The position numbers and the translations under genes were made by a program. The notes below the pieces were generated by a model. It was not told the origin of the DNA. It made no database searches and saw only the letters and a list, made by a program, of their open reading frames with translations. A stretch of DNA of 62,014 nt, the filler included, from Sanchytrium tribonematis (taxonomy: Eukaryota): NCBI GenBank assembly GCA_018985235.1. It is 7 parts of 7 records of this genome, joined end to end, with 100 filler letters (N's around TTAATTAATTAA, not from the genome) between each part and the next. Parts side by side here need not be neighbours in the genome. Positions count along the whole stretch, not along the records: positions 17,052 to 22,575 come from JADGIG010000597.1; positions 22,676 to 50,777 come from JADGIG010000058.1; 5 more parts are not named here. One strand, 5' to 3'. Shown piece by piece: positions 19,617-30,993 of this stretch. Every line of letters starts with the position of its first letter. Within the stretch, counting starts at the first letter, position 1.

Positions 19617-22412
19617 ATGTCAAAGGCCAATCCTGTTCCTGCAAATGCAAAACTCCAGATCTTGTTAAACAGAGTTTTGGAAAAAGACTTCAAGGCGGAT
19701 ATGGAGGTAGAGGCATTTGCTAGCCAATCTACTGTAGAGGAATTATTTGTTGCATACAAGCAAGTGGATCAAAGGGTGAAAAAATCATCCAAAGAATTGG
19801 AAAGATATTATTACAACAATTATTATTCCTTCATAGAATCCGCAAAGGAGCAAATTGACATCACTAAACTTCTAGAGCAAGTAAATACCAAATTGGCCAG
19901 TCAATATATTCCATTGTTAGAAGAAATCAATTCTTCCTTTGAAGGTATTCGAGATCAGCTTGCTGATGAGCTGATGAGATACGAACAAATGAAGAAGTAT
20001 TCAGTTGCCAAGAAGCAATCTGGTTGGGTTGTTGATCTATTTGTGAATTTGGAGAAATCATATCATCGTATAAAAGGCTTAACTCCTTTGCAGCCGAAAC
20101 ATCAGGGCTTCAAGGAAATTAATTATAAAGTATACGGATATATCATCAGATGCGCATACCACATTAAGAATTATTTTCTTTTGCAAGGATATCCAAAGCA
20201 AAGTGAAGCCATTTTAGCAATTGTTGAAAAATGCAAGACGGTGCTGCCAAGGATCGCAAGTTTATTCGAAAATTTACTCAAGAACGCTTGTAGTTATTCA
20301 GGAAGCTGGGCCCTTGAATACCCCATTCTTTTAGTTATTCATTGTTTTTTAGTGAAATTAAATATCGAGTCAAACATCAACGTTCTGGTTGAAGAAAAAT
20401 TTGCCGTTATATTCAATGCTTATAAAGAACAGTTTAAGGGATTAATTTCGACTGATATCAAGGAAACTATCAATATTAATACAACGGAAATGTTTTTAAA
20501 AATGAGAAATCTCATTATGAGAGACATAAATTTAATGGTATTAACTTCAAATTGTCTCACGACTAATAATGCAGAGCCTTTAAATTGCGATTCCTCTAAC
20601 ATTAAGATTATTTTTAATCATTTGACACAAATTCGATTAATTTTAGAACCACCACAATGTTTAAGTGTTGGGTTGTTGTTTTCGGAAATCTTTGAAAATT
20701 TTCTGGAGGAAGACAATCAATTGATTAGACTCACTGCTCAACTTTATACTGATTTGATTAGATATAGTTTAAGAAAAGATTTTTTGGGAGAAAACTTTAA
20801 CGCGAGCAAGTTGATTCATCTTTTAAGAAATTTAAAGGCCGAATGCCACGAGGCGGCCTCTTTTCCTTTTGAATTCCTTCTAGCTACAGATCGAAACTCA
20901 CCCATGAAAGTTGATGAAAACGTGGTCAATTTTGTTTTGAAAAATGAATCTACAATTCATTCTACAAACTTTAAGTACACCCAAGTCTTTTTTCACCGAA
21001 TTGGGAACAATTTGCTTAGCATAGTAGTGCGAGAGGCTGTCAAATGTTCAATACTTGAGGTCAACGTTAAGTTGAGAGACTCTCTAAAGGAATGCATGAA
21101 AGTAATTGGACCTCTGGCTTCCTCAAAGACGATCGCGAATGGGTTGTTAGACACGGAAAAAGTTTTGGAAAGAACTTTAAATGAGACTGTTAGAAAGCAA
21201 CTGAAAAAGTTACGCAAGTCGTTAAACGAATCAAACCTTTGGTTTCCTGGTCAAAGCGAAAATTTTATTTTCCAAGAATCGATAATTTCTGAACTGCAAA
21301 ATTTTTGGAAGCAAATTGGAAATATGAAGCTCGACGATCCAAATTCGGAACTTCTGCTAAGTAGAATATGTTTCGACTCAGATATGCATATTATCGATAG
21401 CTGCTTCTCGAAGTTCTTGCCATTGGTAGCTGACAAATTTGAAGGGAGCTTATCTCCGGACGTGGTGGCGCAATTTAAAGAAAACGACTTTGATGAAGAG
21501 AATGATGATAGCTCCCCGTCACTTTCTATGGAAAGACTCGGACTTTACAACACTTTAAATTTAGGTGTAGGAGAGTTGCGAGAAATTGTCAGGGATCGAG
21601 CAAAATACAAGCTCGGAAATTATATTCTTTACCATGCGCTAGAATTGAGTAAGAAAATGGATGGCTTTTTGGAAGATTTGGACATCGGTAGAGAGCGCAA
21701 ATCTATTGAAAAATATATTGTTTCCCCTCAACTCTGTACTTGCATTACCTACATTATGGCAATAGAAAAATTTGCAAGCGTTATTTTTGACGAAATGGCC
21801 CGTGAAGACTTATACGCAAAACGGCCACCAGTTCAAAAGAAATCTCACGCCAAAAAATATTCTTTGGACGATAGGTTCAGCGACCGAGAGAGCATGTCAA
21901 GTACAATGTCTCCCACTAAAAATGACTCCAAATCAGTAGTCAGCTCAAATCATGTTCTCAATGCTCCAAAAATGAACAATTCTTACATGAGCCATGTACA
22001 CAAACTTTTTCGCAAGCATGTAGATTTTTTCCCACAATTACCTAGCCTTTTGATACAAAATGACTTGAAAGTTAGAGTTGATTTCACAAAAGAAGCAGTT
22101 ATAGAGCATTTATTATTAGTTATTATTAAACATTTAACTGAGGGATTAAAAAATAGAGTTACAATCTTCCATAGAAATTCGTTGACCCCAATACAATACG
22201 AACAGATCTACATTGATATAGAGTATTTGAAAATGATTATAAGACTCTCCGCAACCAAATTGGAGAGCTCGGTCCTAGATGATAAATTCCTTATGATACT
22301 GCTTGATGAGGCTAGATCATATGCCTTTCAATTGTGTTTATCTCCTAGATCACCAGATACAAAGCTACTTAATCAACTGTTAGAAGAAGAAAGGGTGAAA
22401 TTAGCTAAATAA
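19617..22412 (+). CDS. VPS51: Vps51/Ang2-like GARP tethering subunit
   Basis: N-terminal YYNNYYSFI resembles the Vps51 VYENYNKFI motif. C-terminal HKLFRKHVDFF...VDFTKEAVI...QIYIDIEYL resembles the Vps51 C-terminus. Confidence 0.62.
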   Translation: MSKANPVPANAKLQILLNRVLEKDFKADMEVEAFASQSTVEELFVAYKQVDQRVKKSSKELERYYYNNYYSFIESAKEQIDITKLLEQVNTKLASQYIPLLEEINSSFEGIRDQLADELMRYEQMKKYSVAKKQSGWVVDLFVNLEKSYHRIKGLTPLQPKHQGFKEINYKVYGYIIRCAYHIKNYFLLQGYPKQSEAILAIVEKCKTVLPRIASLFENLLKNACSYSGSWALEYPILLVIHCFLVKLNIESNINVLVEEKFAVIFNAYKEQFKGLISTDIKETININTTEMFLKMRNLIMRDINLMVLTSNCLTTNNAEPLNCDSSNIKIIFNHLTQIRLILEPPQCLSVGLLFSEIFENFLEEDNQLIRLTAQLYTDLIRYSLRKDFLGENFNASKLIHLLRNLKAECHEAASFPFEFLLATDRNSPMKVDENVVNFVLKNESTIHSTNFKYTQVFFHRIGNNLLSIVVREAVKCSILEVNVKLRDSLKECMKVIGPLASSKTIANGLLDTEKVLERTLNETVRKQLKKLRKSLNESNLWFPGQSENFIFQESIISELQNFWKQIGNMKLDDPNSELLLSRICFDSDMHIIDSCFSKFLPLVADKFEGSLSPDVVAQFKENDFDEENDDSSPSLSMERLGLYNTLNLGVGELREIVRDRAKYKLGNYILYHALELSKKMDGFLEDLDIGRERKSIEKYIVSPQLCTCITYIMAIEKFASVIFDEMAREDLYAKRPPVQKKSHAKKYSLDDRFSDRESMSSTMSPTKNDSKSVVSSNHVLNAPKMNNSYMSHVHKLFRKHVDFFPQLPSLLIQNDLKVRVDFTKEAVIEHLLLVIIKHLTEGLKNRVTIFHRNSLTPIQYEQIYIDIEYLKMIIRLSATKLESSVLDDKFLMILLDEARSYAFQLCLSPRSPDTKLLNQLLEEERVKLAK

Positions 22413-22455
22413 ATATAAGTGAAGTCCTAAACTTCAATATCTGAAACAAATCAAC

Positions 22456-22575
22456 ATGTCGAGTTCTCGATCAAACAGACTTCAAAGAGTAAGGCGCCCT
22501 CCTAAAGAATATAAAGGAAGGCCTTGTCTTTGTTGGGTGGCAATGTGTTGCTGTTCGTCACTTTTTATAATTTTA
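22456..22575 (+). CDS. 5' fragment of a probable membrane protein (truncated by contig end)
   Basis: MSSSRSNRLQRVRRPPKEYKGRPCLCWVAMCCCSSLFIIL is open into the linker. Confidence 0.35.
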
Positions 22576-22675
22576 NNNNNNNNNNNNNNNNNNNNNNNNN
22601 NNNNNNNNNNNNNNNNNNNTTAATTAATTAANNNNNNNNNNNNNNNNNNNNNNNNNNNNNNNNNNNNNNNNNNNN
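22576..22675. other. Artificial contig linker
   Basis: N44-TTAATTAATTAA-N44. Confidence 0.98.
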
Positions 22676-22744
22676 GTAATTGCCCAATCAAACGTTACCG
22701 TCTCGCCGATTTTTGTATAAATATCCAACCAACACCGGATACTC

Positions 22745-23251
22745 ATGGACAACACCGCAGTGCATACCACTACAAATTTTTGTGACGCTGCAACCCAATG
22801 CGAAATATTGAAAGTGTCTTGGATGCGTAAACTTATTAATTCAACCAAAAGACAAGTGCGAATGATTATGAAAAAGAAAAGGGTGAATAATTTAAATGTT
22901 GTGAAAGAAGCCCAAAAAGAAAAAAGTCAAGCAAAAAATTATAATGCTTGTAACTCGACTTTACCCACTATCCCTGAATTTCCTGAGGGCTTGTTGGAGG
23001 TGAAATTAGTTACCCCCGTCTGCAAATTAGCACCACCTACTATCACCAAGTGCCATAATGTCAAGCAACCAGACCGACTTATAAATGAGATAAAAAATTT
23101 CCAAGCAAGTAAGTTGAAAAGCGTGAAATTATTGAATTCTTATGCCAATCGACATGCGGAACTAGATGTACTCAAGCGTAAACTACAAACCATTCGAAAT
23201 AGATCTTGCACAACCAACTCTTCTGCTTCTGAATCCAGTGACTGGATTTAA
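22745..23251 (+). CDS. Hypothetical protein with a WH2-like motif
   Basis: DRLINEIKNFQASKLKSV resembles the WH2 helix plus LKxV; acidic/Trp C-terminus (SESSDWI). Confidence 0.5.
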   Translation: MDNTAVHTTTNFCDAATQCEILKVSWMRKLINSTKRQVRMIMKKKRVNNLNVVKEAQKEKSQAKNYNACNSTLPTIPEFPEGLLEVKLVTPVCKLAPPTITKCHNVKQPDRLINEIKNFQASKLKSVKLLNSYANRHAELDVLKRKLQTIRNRSCTTNSSASESSDWI

Positions 23252-23287
23252 AAATAGAAATTAATAAATTTTAGATTTAAAAATTTA

Positions 23288-24730
23288 TTAAAAAGTAAGC
23301 TGCTGTTTGTTTTCCTCTAATTGCTTTCTCATTTCGTGCTTCTTGTGGACACGAATATGATTGTTGAGGTTATCTGATCTTGTAAATGCTTTGCCACATC
23401 CCGGAATAGGACAACTGAATGGCTTTTCACCAGTGTGAATTCTTTCATGACGCTTTAAATGCTCGAATCTCTTGAATCGTTTTCCACATCCATCCCATTT
23501 GCATTCATACTGACGGTCTTCATCATAGGAAGGTGCTTTAAGTTGATATGGATTAGTCAATGAAGTATGGTAATGGACAGAAGGTGGTAGAGGAGGCATA
23601 TATAGATATTGTTCATAAGACTGGCCGTATTGTTGATTATGCTGGTGCTGATGTTGATGTGGGTGGAAATCTGGAAGAGGTGGGGACTGGAATCCCTGAT
23701 AATTGTGATTCAAAATAGAGTCATATTCATGAGGCTGATGTGCTTGTAGTAACGGGTCAGATGCAAATGGCTGAAAGTGGGTTGGTGGAGGTAAAGCCAT
23801 ACTGTCTGATAAGTCAAAATTGCCCATATCATCTCTCAAAATTGGCGGATAATGAGCCATTTGCTCTTCCAAAAAATTCTTAGTGAAATGAAATTGATTG
23901 GAATCCTGTTCCGCAACACTAATCTGTTCGTTTTTGCTATCATTTAGTTCTTGTTGGACGGATGGAGTCTTAGAGACCTGCTGATCACCTGAGGCTTGTT
24001 CAACTTGATCATCTTGCTCCAAAACTGCTTCCTTTACTTCTTCTGGCTTATTGCTTTGTTGATCAGCAGATAACGCCTTGTTTGGTGTCTCATTCAACAT
24101 GTATGGATCGTTCAAGACATCCTCATTGATACCTGATACATCTTCAATAGCTTTCAAAGCTGGTGTATTCTCAACAGAAACGGGAGGCGTATTATCTTGA
24201 AGTGGTTGTGGCTGATTCAACATTTCAGTCAAAATCTGACCAGGAGGTGGTTTGACAGTAATTGTGGTTGGAGGGACCCCTAAAGCTTCACGCTTTAAAT
24301 CTCTTTCTAATGCATCAACAAATAGTCTATCGTGTTCAACAGAATACCAATAGAATACCTTTTGCTTCTTTTGAGTTCTAATGCAATTATTTTTGTACAA
24401 TAGTTCCAAGAAATCACTTCTAGGTTCTTCAAGAGTAGCATCTGTGCCGCTTTTTAAATTTCTTAAATCACTAAAGACTCCTTCTTCAAACTTTTTCAGA
24501 TTGCGGACAGGTCTGCCATAGGCCTGAAATCGATAGAGCAAAACTCGGATAATATCCGTTCCAGTTATGTGAAAAATGTTGTTCCAAAATACACAGCTCA
24601 CATATTCCCCATTAGGCAGAAGGTGTCTTCTCATGGTTTCATTGCTATTCCAGTTTAAGGGGGCCGTTCCTAGAAAGTATCGTAATCTCTCCACGGACTC
24701 CTGAATTCCGTTGTCCAAAGTTATAGTCAT
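23288..24730 (-). CDS. STE12: Ste12/SteA transcription factor with two C2H2 zinc fingers
   Basis: STE domain ([41 protein letters not shown]) and C-terminal [19 protein letters not shown] fingers. Confidence 0.95.
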   Translation of the reverse strand: MTITLDNGIQESVERLRYFLGTAPLNWNSNETMRRHLLPNGEYVSCVFWNNIFHITGTDIIRVLLYRFQAYGRPVRNLKKFEEGVFSDLRNLKSGTDATLEEPRSDFLELLYKNNCIRTQKKQKVFYWYSVEHDRLFVDALERDLKREALGVPPTTITVKPPPGQILTEMLNQPQPLQDNTPPVSVENTPALKAIEDVSGINEDVLNDPYMLNETPNKALSADQQSNKPEEVKEAVLEQDDQVEQASGDQQVSKTPSVQQELNDSKNEQISVAEQDSNQFHFTKNFLEEQMAHYPPILRDDMGNFDLSDSMALPPPTHFQPFASDPLLQAHQPHEYDSILNHNYQGFQSPPLPDFHPHQHQHQHNQQYGQSYEQYLYMPPLPPSVHYHTSLTNPYQLKAPSYDEDRQYECKWDGCGKRFKRFEHLKRHERIHTGEKPFSCPIPGCGKAFTRSDNLNNHIRVHKKHEMRKQLEENKQQLTF

Positions 24731-24926
24731 GTTGACAATAGGGGACACTCCTCTCTTTAAACCCCTGATCGGGGTACGGAGTTGTACAATAAACCTGGTG
24801 ATTGGCCAAAATATGTCACAGAGTCGGTCACATGCAACTTGTCCAACGTTATCTGCAAATAAGATAAGATGGTTGTGAATTTGTGTATCGGATACACAAG
24901 GTCATTAAAAATCACAGTTTTATTTA

Positions 24927-26097
24927 TCATCTTTTCAACCTGTCCTCCAAATTTTTAATGTCAAGTGTCAATTGAGTAATGTAGGAATGTTCCAACTCCA
25001 AATCTTTGTTCAGTCTATCTCTTTCCGCAATTAACTAAGTAAGAAATCACTACCTTTTGTTCCCACTGCTTAAATCTTACTTCTTCTGAACGTACTTGTT
25101 CAGTAAACTTCTTCCTCAGAGACTCCTCCATATCTTTGTATTTAGAATCTTTTTGACTTAATGAACTTAATATTGAACCTCTCTCGTCAACATGTTCAGC
25201 ACGGAATTTTTCAAAATGAACGCCAACAGTTGAATCAATCAAGCTTAGCATGTGCGTTCTAATTAGAAGAGATCTTAACGCAACAAAGTCAGAGTGTGCT
25301 TCATTTTCCACTTCAGCGACGCCCCACTTGTACTTACGCCCAAGAGCAGTTTTCCCATTCACGGTGACTTTCTGAGTACTGCATACAATAGCAAAAGGCA
25401 TCCGTGATAAAATATTGGTATTATTTTTGGTATTTTGTTCATCGTCAGAATGAGGATCAATAGAGAAAATCTGTATGCTGTTTTCGGAAATGATTCTCAA
25501 AATTTTGTCTTTAAATTCGGCGAGCTCTTTTTTCGTAAAGGTGTCAGCCTTAGGAATAACTGGAATAAGGTTGACTCTACTTCCTAACAGTTTCATGGTA
25601 TTTATATCGAGCTGTGAAAGTCCATGTCCAGTAGGCCTGATAAAATACAAACAAGCGTGTACTCTTCCATCTAAAATATCATCACGCATGGGTTGCATTT
25701 CTTGTCGCAAATAACTTTCGTGTTGCCCATCCAAAAATTCAACAATAGGTGTCCATGCTTCTGTGTTATTACAATAATCGCCAAAACCATTTGTTTCTAC
25801 AATATTTAAATGAACTCTAAAGCCTTTTTCTTCGATTTCAGCTCTATGTACAGCAATATCAACAGTGTGCTTTGTTTGTTGGCTTCTACGGAATGCGTCA
25901 TCCATATAGTCGCCGTAGGGAATCAAGTCAGTCTGAAATAAAGTATTGATAAATGTAGTTTTACCTACTCCACTAGCACCAACGACCATTATTGTAAAAG
26001 AAGTACCCTTTTTTACGCAAGCTCGATACATTTGATTTGGCAAATTGGAGATTCCTAATAATCCAGAACCCGTAGCAGAACTTGGCGAGGTTGGCAT
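24927..26097 (-). CDS. Septin (Cdc12-like), intron 25035-25053
   Basis: GISNLPNQ, GASGVGKTTFINTLF, VHACLYFI and GRKYKWGVAEVEN motifs. Splicing gives QWEQK|LIAERDRLNKDLE, the Cdc12-type coiled coil. Confidence 0.93.
25035..25053 (-). other. 19-nt spliceosomal intron (GTAGTGATTTCTTACTTAG)
   Basis: Restores the conserved WEQKLIAERDRLNKDLE. Confidence 0.95.
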
Positions 26098-26170
26098 TTG
26101 AAAATGTTTCACATATTTCTCCTTAATTATTTGCAAAGGCTTGTTCCGAAATACATAACTTCAAAATTTA

Positions 26171-26656
26171 TTATAAAATATGAAATAAGACAAGCAACAT
26201 GAAAAACCCCATAGAAGTAGAGCTGTTTGTCACAACACATTTTAGCGAGCAGTCCGGGTGTGTTGGATCATCCCAAGGAGTAACATATGAATTCAATGGT
26301 TCTGAGCATTTGTTGTCAGAAAAGCTGTTTTCATTGATTCCATTTGCGTCACACGTATTCTTTAAAAATTGATAGCTCTCAGTTAATTCACAAGCATTCG
26401 ACAATCTTGTATATAAAATAGAGTACGGATTAGTTTCGTTGTTTTTAATACAAGTTTTAAGGTAATATGGCTTACTTAATGGTGTGATGTCTGCGACAGT
26501 CTTTTGACAAGTATAAACATATTTGAAACCGACTTTACACGAATTATCTACTGAAGCAGTACAGTTGGAGGCAGGGACTAACTTGGCATCAATGTATTTT
26601 GTATAAGTGTAGTCAGAGCTGCACGGAACTGCTGTTTTTATTTGATATAGTGACAT
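26171..26656 (-). CDS. Cys-rich protein with hydrophobic C-terminal tail (possible surface/GPI protein)
   Basis: About 10 Cys; tail NSSTSMGFFMLLVLFHIL; no clear signal peptide. Confidence 0.5.
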   Translation of the reverse strand: MSLYQIKTAVPCSSDYTYTKYIDAKLVPASNCTASVDNSCKVGFKYVYTCQKTVADITPLSKPYYLKTCIKNNETNPYSILYTRLSNACELTESYQFLKNTCDANGINENSFSDNKCSEPLNSYVTPWDDPTHPDCSLKCVVTNSSTSMGFFMLLVLFHIL

Positions 26657-26705
26657 GACAATTTGTTTGAGGCTTAGTTTTTATTCTAATTTATTTGAAA
26701 AAGAG

Positions 26706-29535
26706 ATGTCAGAGGCAAGTCAGAACAACTACGATCATAAAATGGCTGCTCTTCTCCCTCCTGCTAGAGTTTTAGGAACATACTATCAAGGAGGATCCGT
26801 ATTTCCGATGAATCAGAAATTTAAAGAGAAGGATGGAACACTATTGGATTCAAAGAGCGGTGGACTTTTAGAGATGGATAAAAATGGACTAGTTGTATTG
26901 GAACCAGGCGCAGACTATGTTATTAACAAAATTGAATCAGGTACAAGACGAAAGTCAAAAGCCTACGACACAATTCAAGGTAATAAAAATCAGCGTAAAG
27001 TTTCTGCACAATCAAATACATTTGCAACAGTCAGAAAACCTTTCAATAGTTCCAAAAGCAGCACAATGGCACCTCAATCAACTGAATCTGCAGCTCCCAT
27101 ATCTTCAGAAAGACGACGGTCAATTCTTCCAGAATTTACGTCTATTTTTACATCTCAACAAGAAGCAACCATAATTCCAGAACCAGAATCACCGATAGAC
27201 GGTGAGGAGGTCATTAACAGACTTAAAGTACCACCACTCAAAGGATTCTTAGAAGTACAAATTTTTAAAGAAAATTCGTTTGTTAGACGTCTGGTGGAAT
27301 TGGTATCTTTCAATCTTATTGTAACAACAGGTCAAAATGAAATCGATCGGCTTGTTTTCACTCTTAACAAATCTTCTATGGCGCTTGTGTCAGAAAACCA
27401 TTCCGATGATTATAATTTTGACCTATTTGTTGGACAAGACATGATAACTTTTAAGTGTATTTCCAAAGCGCAGATGATGGCCTGGGTAAGCTCAATCAAT
27501 ACATCATGTACAAATTTATATTTACTTGAAATTATGCACAGCTTTGATATGAAAGAATTCCGAATCACTCTTGAAAAATCTTTCAAATTTTATTTTCAGA
27601 AATTCAACACTAACATTGCGGAAGAATTGGAAAATATTATAAAGGAACTTCAAAAGTATTCTCAACAAAAAAAGGTTGCTTGGACGAAAACTAGTACTGA
27701 AGGAAATTCACCTGATACTCAAACTGCTGTTAATTTTTTCACAGTTTTGACAGCTAGGAAGAGCATCAGAAGAGATCACACTAACAAAAAAAGAATTCCT
27801 AAGCTTCCTTCCAAAATCAGCAAAAGCATTGAGTTCCAAGAGCAAGATGAAGATCTATTTAACAAATTGCAGGATTTGATTATGAGCGATGATCAAATTG
27901 AACAAAAAAAGGAAAGCGCTCTGTCAAATTTAAAAATTGAAAGTGACTCCCCAGCATCAGACTTTTCTATCACATCTCTTAACGAAGACCCGGAAAGTTT
28001 TCTTGACGAACTATACAAGATTGTAGAACAAGCAGATTATTTACCCGAGTCTAAAAAGACGGAACTCAAAAAACAGGCACGGGAAATGAATAACTTTTTA
28101 ATTCAGAATAATAGCGAAATATTAAGAGGTAGCCAGACTTTAACAAATGACTCAAACAACGAACTAAATAACACTGTAAAAATTAATGAAGAGATATCAA
28201 AAATTCCCGATCTTAGAGCTCCTATAAAGCAAGACGATTCAAATTACGGAATGTTGCGGCAAGATAGCTGGGATGAGTTGGGGAATCCCCAAGTTTACTA
28301 TTCCACTAATTCTGAAAAGCAAACATCGAAATTTGACATCGCGGCCGCATCTATAGATAAACTAGTGGAAAGACTGGCGGACCATTTTGGACCCGCAGAT
28401 GATGGCTACATTAAAACACTGTTTTTAGGCTACAGACATGTACTTGATAATCAAACTTTCTTTAAGAAAATAATATCGAGGCTGAACTCCGAAGTGGAAA
28501 ATACAGAGAAATTTTCTAGATTGCATTTGCATACTCGCATTATTAAGGCGGTATCGTTTTGGATTGAGAATTATTGGGTGGATTTTCAATCTCCAGAAAT
28601 GCAACTAGTTTTGCAAGGATTTCTTGCAGTAATTGAAGATAATATTCTTGTGACTAACCACCAAAAACTTAAAATATTATCTGAGTATTTAGGTAGTCTT
28701 ATCCAGACGAAAATCGAGGAAACCTCTCAGAAGTCTATAAAACCAAAAGGCAATAAGAAAAATCCCAAAATGGTAATCGACAATTTTCTGCTGGCATACA
28801 ATGCTCAAACTATTTCCAGAACTATAACTGAATTAGAATTTGACAGGTTTTTAAAATTAGAATCCATTGAGACGTTGCTACAATTATGGAGCCCAGTAGA
28901 GTCAGTCCAGGACTATCCAAATTTAGGAAATTTAATTAATAGCTTCAACAATGTAATTTAAATTTACATAGACAACAAATTGGGTGGCAACAGAAATAAT
29001 AACAGAGTCAAATGAAGTTTATAGGACTAAAAAGATAGAGTTATTCATAGATGTCGCATTAGAATTGAAGCAATTAGGAAATTACAATCAATTAATGGCA
29101 ATGATATTAGCGTTGAATTCAGCAGCAGTTTCTAGGTGCAAAATAAGCTGGGAACAGATAAAACCAGGAAAAAAGAAACAGTTAGAGGAAGTCGAACAAA
29201 TTATGAATATGGATGGGAATTACAAAGCTTATCGTGAGATTTACAATACTAAACTGAAATCAGGAGAATTCTTCATTCCGTTTTTAGGATTGTTTTTAAA
29301 AGATTTGGTGTTCCTTAACGACGGAAATCCAAAAAAAATTCACAATTTAATTAATTTCTCAAAATTGACAATGTTTCGACAAAAATTAGAAGAACTTGAA
29401 AAATTTCAAAAAGGAAAAGCCTTTTTTACTACTGATAGTGAGATACAGGCGTTCAAGCATTACATCTCAAGTGCTAGAATCTTAAACTCCGACCAAATAT
29501 ACCATTTATCTAGAAAATCTGCTGATCGACAGTAA
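26706..29535 (+). CDS. PH-REM-Cdc25 RasGEF, intron 28953-28971
   Basis: PH-like region (LKGFLEV...MMAWVSSI), REM (ASIDKLVERL) and Cdc25 domain (FNN|TTNWVATEII, LGNYNQLMA, IPFLGLFLKDLVFLNDGNP, INFSK). Confidence 0.92.
28953..28971 (+). other. 19-nt spliceosomal intron (GTAATTTAAATTTACATAG)
   Basis: Joins two ORFs in frame and restores FNxxxxWVATEI. Confidence 0.95.
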
Positions 29536-29541
29536 AATTAT

Positions 29542-29883
29542 TCATTTACTTTTCAAATGCATGTCATCTACTAATTGCTGGATTAATTGTTTTCGCTCCT
29601 TATGGTATCCCTGCATCTCACCGTACAATTCTTGTATAGATGTCTTCATATCCTGATCATTTTGTTGACTTTTAGAAAGTACCATTTCAAATTGCTGATT
29701 AATTTCATCCATTTCATCCTGATAATCTTTCTTAATTTTTTCAGTTACAGCCTCTTGCTGCTTAATCAGTGAGAGAAGTGCATTATGCATTGTATTTTTC
29801 TTCTCAACTCGAAATTGCTTCGATTTATTATTTTTATTATTAAATAATTTCTCATTTATTTCAAATTCATATTCAGAAGACAT
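29542..29883 (-). CDS. Small coiled-coil hypothetical protein
   Basis: MSSEYEFEINEK start; Q/E/K-rich helical composition. Confidence 0.5.
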   Translation of the reverse strand: MSSEYEFEINEKLFNNKNNKSKQFRVEKKNTMHNALLSLIKQQEAVTEKIKKDYQDEMDEINQQFEMVLSKSQQNDQDMKTSIQELYGEMQGYHKERKQLIQQLVDDMHLKSK

Positions 29884-29996
29884 TGTGATAAATGTTTCGA
29901 GATACGTCACCAGATCCAACTGCAAATACGGATTACGTCCGGAACAGCCTTTGACTGGAGGGCTGGTAAAAATTCTCCTTTTTTGCCTTGAAATTA

Positions 29997-30984
29997 ATGT
30001 TTGAAGAATTTCTACCACTCACTTTCAAGACCCCAAATGAATTCAAGATGCTGCCAAACAAATTTTTGACAGAAGACTTCCAAAATCCAAATATAGACTT
30101 GATGAATTTATCAAAAACTGATTTGATGGATTTTGCAATGGGTATTTTCAAATTACATCCATCTGAGGATATTGACTTTGAGATTTTAGATAAATTTGTG
30201 CAAGTTATTGCACATAACTACTATGATAACAACAGCTTCCACAATTTTAGCCATGCAGTTTCTGTTTTACAATTTGCATACATTTTACTCTCAAAAGCCA
30301 GTACTGCTCAATTCTCTCCATTAGAGTCAATAACATTGTTAGTTTGTGCATTGTGCCATGACGTTGGCCATCCAGGCATATCCAATAAGTTCCTAAATTC
30401 TATTTGTAGTAAGCTCAGTTTAATTTATGGTTTTCAATCAACTTTAGAGCGAATGCATATAGCTATCACTTTATCGATTTTATCGGATCCTAAGTATGAT
30501 TTTTTAAAGCTAGTTTCCGACAAAAAACTAGAACTATATCAGAAAATTACAGATATTATTTTAGTGACAGACTTGGCAAATGCATTTAAGCTTTCAGAAG
30601 AAATAAGACATATTCCTCTGTCAAATATTACAGTAGTTTAATTTAAATTAGTATTCAAAAGTGATTCTTGCCATGGCAGATTTGTCAAATGAATTTAGGA
30701 ATGATGAAATTGCTAAGAAGTGGTCAGACGCCATTTACGAAGAGCAATCATTTGAAGTTAGAATCACCTCTAAATGGCCTTTAACAGAAGGACAGTACAA
30801 ATCTATGAAAGAATCAAAATTACAACCTCAAACAAGTTTTTCCGAAACTTCAAAATCGCAGATATTCTTTCTCAATACCTTTGTAAATGCTAAAATAGAT
30901 TATTGCGTGAGAGCGCTTCCAGAACTGCAGTCATTACTGAAAACCAAATTTGCGCTGGCAATTAATCGATATGAAAAACATTAG
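29997..30984 (+). CDS. Class I cyclic nucleotide phosphodiesterase (catalytic domain), intron 30633-30651
   Basis: FHNFSHA, CHDVGHPG, LERMH and TDLA motifs; ADLSN after splicing. Confidence 0.9.
30633..30651 (+). other. 19-nt spliceosomal intron (GTAGTTTAATTTAAATTAG)
   Basis: In-frame join to YSKVILAMADLSN, which the PDE fold requires. Confidence 0.9.
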
Positions 30985-30993
30985 TAAATTGGT

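Noticed and set aside
22489..22507. 19-nt GT..AG segment GTAAGGCGCCCTCCTAAAG
   Set aside because: GC-rich, lacks A14, and the frame is open without splicing.
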